64,000 bases of DNA, taken from an uncultured delta proteobacterium (GTDB lineage: Bacteria; Desulfobacterota; Binatia; UBA9968). Where the stretch lies: positions 384,001-448,000 of the forward strand of contig CAWJZV010000046.1 of NCBI GenBank assembly GCA_963847445.1. The letters run 5' to 3'. Every line of letters begins with the position of its first letter. Position 1 is the stretch's first letter. This document shows, one piece after another, positions 54,394 through 64,000 of this stretch. A program made the position numbers and the translations under genes. A model generated the notes under the pieces. It ran no database searches. It was given only the letters and a program-made list of their open reading frames with translations, and was not told the origin of the DNA.

Positions 54394-55625
54394 CTACTTC
54401 AAGGCAAAATTTTTCTCAGCCATGGCGCAAATGCTTTGGCCGATGGCGAGGGACGCGGTGGCGCCGGGGGATGGCGCGTTCAAGACATGAATCGCGTTCT
54501 GGCTCTCTTTGATGACGAAGTCGTCGACCAAGGCGCCGCTGGCGGAGACCGCTTGGGCGCGCACGCCGGCGCCGCCGGGAACGAGATCGTCCGCGCCAAT
54601 CTCCGGCAGCAGTTTTTGCAGGGCACGCACGAAGGCTTTTTTACTCAACGAGCGGTAGAGCTCGCCAAAACCGGTCTGCCAATATTTCGCCGGTGATCGC
54701 CCAGAAGCCTTTGAATGAGACGGTGCGCCATAGGTCGCTCAAATTGATGTCGCTATGGCTGTAACCTTCGCGGGCGTAGGCGAACACGGCGTTGGGGCCG
54801 GCTTCGACGCCGCCGCGCGCCATGCGCGTGAAATGCACGCCCAAAAACGGAAAAGTCGGGTCGGGCACCGGGTAAATCAGATTTTTCACCAGATGTTCGC
54901 GCGCCGGGCGCGATTTTGTAATACTCGCCGCGAAACGGGATGATGCGGTGCTCCTCGCCTTGGCTGTCGTGATTCTTGCCGCCCATCATTTGCGCGACGA
55001 TGTCGGATTGCAGGCCGCCGCAGTTGATCAAATTTTTCGTCCGGTAGTCGCCGCCGGAAGTTTGCAGGATGATCTCTGCGCCGCGATCGAGAATGCCGAC
55101 CACTCTTTGCGACAGGCGAATATCGCCGTTGGCGTCGCGCACCTTCTCGCCGTAGGCGGCGGCGACTTTGCGGTAGTCGACGATGCCGGTTTCGGGCACG
55201 TAGAGCGCTTTGATGCCGGTGGCGTGGGGTTCGATCTCTTTCAATCTTTCCGGGCCGATGATCTCCATGCCTTTGAGGCCGTTGGCGACGCCGCGGCGGT
55301 GTAGTTCCTCCAGGCGCGGCAGTTCGGCCTCGCTGGTGGCGACGACGACCTTGCCGCAGATTTCATAGGGGATGTTGTTGGCGTCGCAAAAGGCGATCAG
55401 CTCGGTGCGGCCGCCGACGCAGCTCTGGGCTTTCAACGATCCCGGCCGGTAGTATAGCCCGGAATGAATCACGCCGCTGTTGTTGCCGGTCTGATGGCGC
55501 GCAAGTTGGGCTTCTTTCTCGAGCAGCAATAGCCGGATGTTGGGATGGGCCGCGGTGATTTTCAGCGCCGTCGCCAGGCCGAGGATGCCGCCGCCGATGA
55601 TGGTGAGATCGTATTGTGAAGCCAT
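54394..55625 (-). CDS. lhgO: L-2-hydroxyglutarate oxidase; frameshifted
   Basis: [69 protein letters not shown]. Confidence 0.9.
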
Positions 55626-55706
55626 AGTGAAGTTCAACGTTCAAGGTTCAAAAGTTCAAGGTCGGAAGCCGAATCGTTCAGCTACGCCGTACCTTGAGCT
55701 GAATGA

Positions 55707-56643
55707 TTATAGGTGCAGCAGGCGGCGTGAATTTTTTTCCGTAAAGCTCTTAAAATGCGCTGGATCAGCCAGCCCGTTGACCGCGTTGAAGGCTTTGCTG
55801 AGCGGTCCCAAGCCGCCGCAGTAGTCCGAGCCGAAGACGATATTGTTCTCGCCCATCTTGTGCACCAGAAACGCCAGCGTCGTGGCGTCCGAACTGGCGC
55901 AGTCGATGAGAAAGTGTTCGAGAAAGATTTCCGCATATTTCTTCTCTCCGTGCGGTCCTTTGTGCTTCCAGAAAGAAGCGGTGCATCAACAGCGGAATGC
56001 CGCCGCCGGAGCTGCGGATGACGATTTGCAGATTAGGATGGCGGTCGAAGACTCCGCTGGCGATCATGCGCAGGCAGCATTCGGCCACTTCGCCGTCGGA
56101 CAAGACGGCGTAGGCGACGCCGGCGCCGCCGTCTTCGAGCTTTTTCAGCGACGGGCTCTGCGCCGTGCCGGCGCCATGGAGAAAGATCGGCAAGTTAAGC
56201 GCGTTGATCTTGGCGTAGAGCGGTTCCATGGCCGGGGTGTCGACCAACATTTCGCCGTCGACATGGGGATACATGAGCACGGCGCGAAACCCCTGCTGGG
56301 CCATGCGGTCGATTTCGTTTATCGACTCGGCAATGTTTTTCAGCGACAGCGCAATGATGCCGCCCAGGCGGTCTTGGTGCGGCGCGATGCGCTGGGCCAG
56401 GACATCGTTGGACTGGTGCATCACCTCCAGCGCCTGCGCGGCGGTCAATTGATCGGCGTAGATGCCGGCGCCCTGGCAAATCAGCTGCATGTCGATGCCG
56501 GCCTCGTCCATTTCTTTGACGCGCTTGGCCAGATCCGGGGAGTCGTAGGCGTCGATATGCGGCTTCTTGCCGGTCAATTGGCCGATGCGCTCGGCGACTT
56601 CCGGCGCGGTGTGATGGGCGTGCCAGTCGATTACGGTAGCCAT
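55707..56643 (-). CDS. Amidohydrolase-2 family protein; frameshifted
   Basis: VIDWHAH, MDEAGID, PIFLHG, GVFDRHPNL, GSDY. Confidence 0.8.
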
Positions 56644-56878
56644 GGCGAGTCTCCTTCGTACTTGTCGGTTGAGTTGGCAATACTGCGTCTGACTTATCAC
56701 AGTCAAGCGCGCTTTGGTAAGTTCGTGCTTGCCGAGAATGAATGTAGTTGGGTTTCTACCGGGATCGCCGAGCCGAAAAGATTTCTCGCACGGCTCGAAA
56801 TGACCGATTGTCTAGAGCGCAACCAGGATGAGGTGCCGAGAGCGCTATCTGCGAACGATCTTGAAATGAGCCAGCGGC

Positions 56879-57512
56879 CTATTTCTTCGGCGCGCCGGCG
56901 AATTCGTTCTTGTCTTTGAGGCGGCGCACCAGCTCTTCGTAGGAGGATTTGGCGATCACGCGGTTGAACTGGGAACGATAGTTGTTGACCAGGCTGATGT
57001 TCTCGGCAACGACATCGTAAACCTTCCACTCGTTGCCGACCAATTGAGCGCGGTAGTTGATCGAGTATTCTTCGCCCTTGCTGGTGACAATTTTGCTGTT
57101 CACGTCGGCGTAGCCGCCGTCGACTTTTTCGGTCAAGTAGACGATTTTTTCGTCGATATAGGACTCGATGATATCGGCGTAGGCACGTTCCAGTACCTCG
57201 GTGAACAGGCGGACAAATTCTTCCTGTTCCTGAGGCGTGCGCCGGGTCCAGTTGGGGCCGAGAGAACGCTTGGCCATTTCGGCAAAATTGAACCGGCTAA
57301 ATAGCACCTGTTTTAGTTGTTCGCGTCGTTCGGACTGCTTGGTCGGCGGCTTCAAGCGCGGGATCTCTGAGCACCACTAAGGCCTTGTCGACGGTCGCCT
57401 TGATCTGGTCCGTGGGCAGGCCGGCGCGGGCCTGGGAGGCGGTCAGGGTGACTGCTGCAAACCATAGGGCTATTAGAAGCTTCACTGGATTATTTAGACT
57501 TAGGGGTCTCAT
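56879..57512 (-). CDS. mlaC: MlaC/Ttg2D phospholipid-binding protein; frameshifted
   Basis: FNFAEMAKRSLG, WKVYDVVAENISLVNNYRSQF. Confidence 0.88.
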
Positions 57513-57972
57513 CTTTTTTTTCACCTTTAGACGTCAGATCGCCGCCAACAATTTTACCGATCAAATCGGGAATATCCGGCGGGGAGTCGGTTTCGCGAAT
57601 TTTCCCGCCGGCAGGGATGATTTTATCCGATGCGCCGGGCGATACCAAGACAAATTTATCGCCGATCAAGCCGCGCGCCCGAACTGAGGCGATGACATCT
57701 TCCTGGAGCTTGACGCCGTCGTTAAGCCGCAGGGTCAAGCGGGCCTTATCTTCGGCCAAGGTCATGCCTTCGACCCGGCCGACTTTGACACCGGCGATCT
57801 CCACGGGATCCCCGAGCTTTAGACCGGCAACTGAGGCAAAATCGGCGAAAAGCACGTAACCCTGGGCGCCGAACACTTCAAGCTTGCCGAGACGGATGGC
57901 GAGATAGCCCAGGCAGGTAATGCCGACCAGGACAAAGATGCCGACTAATATATCAGTGCGTGTATGATTCAC
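57490..57972 (-). CDS. mlaD: MlaD MCE-domain protein
   Basis: N-terminal TM, FASVAGLKLGDPVEIAGVKVGRV, GLIGDKFV. Confidence 0.92.
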   Translation of the reverse strand: MNHTRTDILVGIFVLVGITCLGYLAIRLGKLEVFGAQGYVLFADFASVAGLKLGDPVEIAGVKVGRVEGMTLAEDKARLTLRLNDGVKLQEDVIASVRARGLIGDKFVLVSPGASDKIIPAGGKIRETDSPPDIPDLIGKIVGGDLTSKGEKKDETPKSK

Positions 57973-57983
57973 TGTCGCAACTC

Positions 57984-58732
57984 CTAGAGGACTTGGATCG
58001 GTCCTTCGGTTTTCCCATGGATGAATTGCTGTACCACTGGATTCGCCGATGCACAGAACTCCGCCGGCGGCGAAATGTTTTCGATGATGCCGCCGGCGAG
58101 CATAGCAATGTAGTCTGAGATTTCAAAGACTTGCGGAATGGTATGACTGACGATGATGCCGGTATAACCAAACTCGTTCTGAGTGCGGGCGATCAGTTGG
58201 TGAATGCTGGTGGCCAACACCGGGTCCAAGCCGGTGGTCGGTTCGTCGAACAGGACGATTTCCGGGTCCATGATCAGCGCCCGCGCCAATCCGGCGCGCT
58301 TTCTCATGCCGCCGCTCAGCTCGGCGGGAAATTTGCCGCCCATCTTGCCCAGGCCGACCTGCTCCAAGCGGCTATCGACCTTCTTCTTGATGTCGCTTTC
58401 GCTGGCATGCTGGTTTTTTCGCGCAGGGGAAAGGCGACGTTGTCGAATACACTCAGCGAGTCCAGCAGGGCGGCGCCTTGAAACAGCACGCCGAATTTGG
58501 CGCGCACTTCGTAGAGTTCTTTCTGGCGCAGTTTGGTAATGTCGACGCCGTCGACGAAAACTTCGCCGGCATCGGGCAGATAGAGGGCGTTCAAATGTTT
58601 CAGCAAGACGGTTTTGCCGCAGCCGCTGGTGCCGACGATGGTGGTGATCTTGCCGGTGGCGAACTCTAGGTTCACGCCGCGCAGGACCTGTTGGCCGCGA
58701 AAGCTCTTGTGTAGATTGGCGACTTGGATCAT
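57984..58732 (-). CDS. mlaF: MlaF ABC ATPase; frameshifted
   Basis: GTSGCGKT, LFQGAALLDSL, PAELSGGMRKRAGLARA, FDEPTTGLDP. Confidence 0.9.
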
Positions 58733-58737
58733 GGCGC

Positions 58738-59508
58738 TCAGAGCATGATGGAAGTCAGGAAGTAGTCCCAGACCAGAATGAAGACGAACGACAAGACCAC
58801 CGACTCGGTGGTCGCTTGGCTGACACCGGTGGCCATGGGCGGGGCGTGAAAACCCTTGTAACAACAGATCCAGGTGATGATCAGGCCGAAGGAAATCGAT
58901 TTGACGAAGCCGCTGTAGACATCGTGGAACACCACGCTGTTTTCGATGCCGGCAAAAAAACTGCCGGAACTAACCCCCAACATGGAGACCCCGACTAAGT
59001 AGGAGCCGAAGATGCCGATGACGTCGAAGATGGCGGTCAGCAGCGGCATGGCGATCAGACTGGCGATGATGCGCGGCGAAACCAGAACTTGATCGGGTTG
59101 ATCGCCATGGAGTCGAGCGCGTCGATCTGTTCGGTGGCGCGCATGGTGCCCAGCTCGGCGGCCATGGCGGAGCCGGTTCTGCCGGTGACCATGAAGGCGG
59201 ACAGCACCGGCCCCAATTCACGCAACAGACTCAGGGCGGCGGCCGAACCGAGATAGCTTTCGGCGCTGAATTTGCGCAGGCTATAGTAACCCTGGAAGCC
59301 CATCACCATGCCGGTGAAAAATCCCGACAGCGCGACCACGGACAGCGAATCCACGCCGATGGTTTTGATGTGGTAGACGATCAGGTTAAGCTTGGCCGGA
59401 CGGCGGAACACCAGCATGATCGCCGACAGGAGAAAGTTAAACATTTTCCCCATGCCGGCGATGCGTTCGATGTGAGCGTTGGCCGATGTGGCCTAAGAAA
59501 GAAATCAT
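58738..59508 (-). CDS. mlaE: MlaE permease; frameshifted
   Basis: LLRELGPVL, GRTGSAMAAELGTMRATEQIDAL, GVSQATTESVV. Confidence 0.9.
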
Positions 59509-59689
59509 CAGTGTTTACGGTAAAACAGAATGAAATTTGATTTTCGAAGTAAATATAGAAATCCGCCAATCATTGCAAGGTTTAGCGACAATTACGCCGC
59601 GTTCGCAGCGCATGCGTGAGAGGAATTTATTCGGAACATTCGCTGCGGCAACGACACGAGACGCGTGGTCACTCGAGCAAATTAGCAAC

Positions 59690-60455
59690 ATGAGCGAAGA
59701 TACGTTGGACACGCTGATCGACGGCAAGCTGCGGCTTTACCAGAGCCGCACGGGCTACCGGTTCTCTCTCGACGCGTTGTTACTCGCGCATTTTGTCACG
59801 GTCAAGCGCGGCGACCGGATCTGTCGATCTTGGCACCGGCAATGGTCCGATCGCGCTGTTGTTGAGTCATTTGCATCCCTCGGCAGCGCTCGCCGGTTTG
59901 GAAGTGCAACCGGAGATGGCAGCGCGGGCCAAGCGCAGCGTCGCTCTCAACCGGCTCGACGATCGGGTGGAAATTGTTACCGGCGATCTGCGCGAGATCG
60001 GCTCAATATTCACGCCATCGTCGTTCCATGTCGTCGTCAGCAATCCGCCCTTTCGTCCGGCCAGCAGCGGCCGGATCAGCCCTAATCGGGAGAAACAGTG
60101 GGCACGCCATGAGATCAAAGGCGGATTGACAGATTTTCTCGCTGCCGCGGTTTATCTGCTTCGACCAAAAGGGCGGCTGGCGTTGATCTACTCAGCCGAG
60201 CGGGCGGTTGAGTTGCTCGTCAGCCTGCGCCGCGCCGGTCTCGAGCCCAAACGGCTGCGCTGGGTCCATTCCTTCGCCGCGGACGGAGCACTGCTGGTAT
60301 TGGCCGAAGCGGTCAAGGGCGGTCGAAGCGGCATCGAAGTCGAGCCGCCGCTGGTGATTTATCGCAAGGGCAAGGAATACACAGCGGAAGTCGCCAATAT
60401 TGTCGCCGGTATCGCCAAGCCGAGCGCTAGAACGGCGCTGCCCGATGACGAGTAG
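59690..60455 (+). CDS. tRNA1(Val) m6A37-type SAM methyltransferase; frameshifted
   Basis: YQSRTGYRFSLDALLL, DLGTGNG, VVSNPPF, ARHE. Confidence 0.85.
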
Positions 60456-60472
60456 AACCGGTTGTAGCAATT

Positions 60473-60935
60473 TCATTCGGGCTTGGTTGGACGGCGGGCG
60501 AAACTATTTAAGAGTTTTTTAAAGGCGTCGCGGATTTCCGGATCTTCGATGGTTTCAATGAACCCGGCATCGACCAGCCGTGGCGGCGTCGCAGCTGGCT
60601 GATCGGTGCTTGCCTCGGGCGGCAGGTCGATCCGGCCGACGATGAAAAAAATATTTTTGACGACGTTGCTTTTCAGTTGCTCGTTGAGCTTAGCGGTGAT
60701 CATTTCCTTCATGAACTGGAGTTGCTGCATCCACACCGGGCTGGATACTTTGACGATCAGGGTGCCGTTACGGATCTTTTCCGGTTGGGCGTTACGGGCG
60801 ATGGCGCTGCCGACCGCTTGATTCCAGATCGTCCAAACGCCGTAGTCTGCCAGGCGCGAGTCCAAGTCGAGGCGCTTGAGCGAGGTGTCCAGCAACTCGC
60901 CCAAGCCGTTCGATCTGTGGGTATTTTCGCGCCAT
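60473..60935 (-). CDS. DUF721 / DciA-family protein
   Basis: WNQAVGSAIARNAQP...GTLIVKVSSPVWMQQLQFMK. Confidence 0.8.
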
Positions 60936-61095
60936 GAATCAGACTTTCGCCCCTGTAACTACCAGATCGGCGCCGTCCATGCTAGCCGCTGCGATGCTGC
61001 CGCAAGTTTAGTAATTTCCGCAAAAGTGGCGAAAAGTCACAACAAATTCCGCTGCCGAAAATTTTTATTGACAACCAAGGGAATAGTCTCTAAAA

Positions 61096-61142
61096 ATACA
61101 AAATCTAGTGTAGATCTGACTGTTTCACACCATATATTGGGC
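61096..61142 (+). promoter_or_regulatory. Tandem NrdR boxes
   Basis: ATACAAAATCTAGTGT (61096) and ACACCATATATTGGGC (61127), 31 bp apart, resembling acaCwAtATaTwGtgt, directly upstream of nrdJ. Confidence 0.8.
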
Positions 61143-61171
61143 GTTACCAGGGAGAAGGGAGAGATGGACCG

Positions 61172-63942
<2,771 letters not shown>

Positions 63943-64000
63943 GTTGTTGAAGTACATACGCTGGAAGAAAACGGGCCGGTCGAAGGTATTCGGTCGGCCC

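Noticed and set aside
60936-61171. Cobalamin riboswitch upstream of B12-dependent nrdJ
   Set aside because: No B12-box or core motifs seen. The short leader is explained by a promoter and tandem NrdR boxes.

Overview
GC-rich bacterial chromosomal window. Gene content resembles uncultured Deltaproteobacteria-like (Binatia-type) genomes, which is an inference only. Many genes, including essential ones such as dnaX and tadA, carry single-base frameshifts, most likely long-read indel errors, so I joined ORF pieces across frames. Layout: (1) 1.4-15.8 kb, an NRPS cluster: deleted A-T-T remnant; oxalate-CoA-ligase-like A-T; OXC/HACL-like ThDP enzyme; C-A(Ala)-T; stand-alone non-amino-acid A-T; C-A(Gly)-T-TE with a Cys-nucleophile TE. 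(2) 16-31.7 kb, a tRNA-Ser(TGA)/Ser(GCT)/Arg(ACG)/tadA/Ser(CGA)/Ser(GGA)/ffs/dnaX/ybaB/recR backbone with accessory genes between the tRNAs. (3) 31.9-38.2 kb, a FadR-type regulator plus a putative oxalate/formyl-CoA operon. (4) Tandem Zn-dehydrogenases, a RelE/HigA-type TA pair and a minus-strand GT2 / FkbH-ACP / GT4 operon. (5) Housekeeping and metabolic genes (LLM oxidoreductase, formyltransferase-like, lhgO, mlaEFDC, DciA-like, nrdJ with tandem NrdR boxes). Best candidates for something new: a GT2 glycosyltransferase fused to a degenerate RepB'-type primase domain in an operon with FkbH-ACP and a GT4 bearing an NRPS docking-like helix, and an NRPS that may build its starter unit from oxalate via a ThDP enzyme lacking the canonical catalytic Glu.
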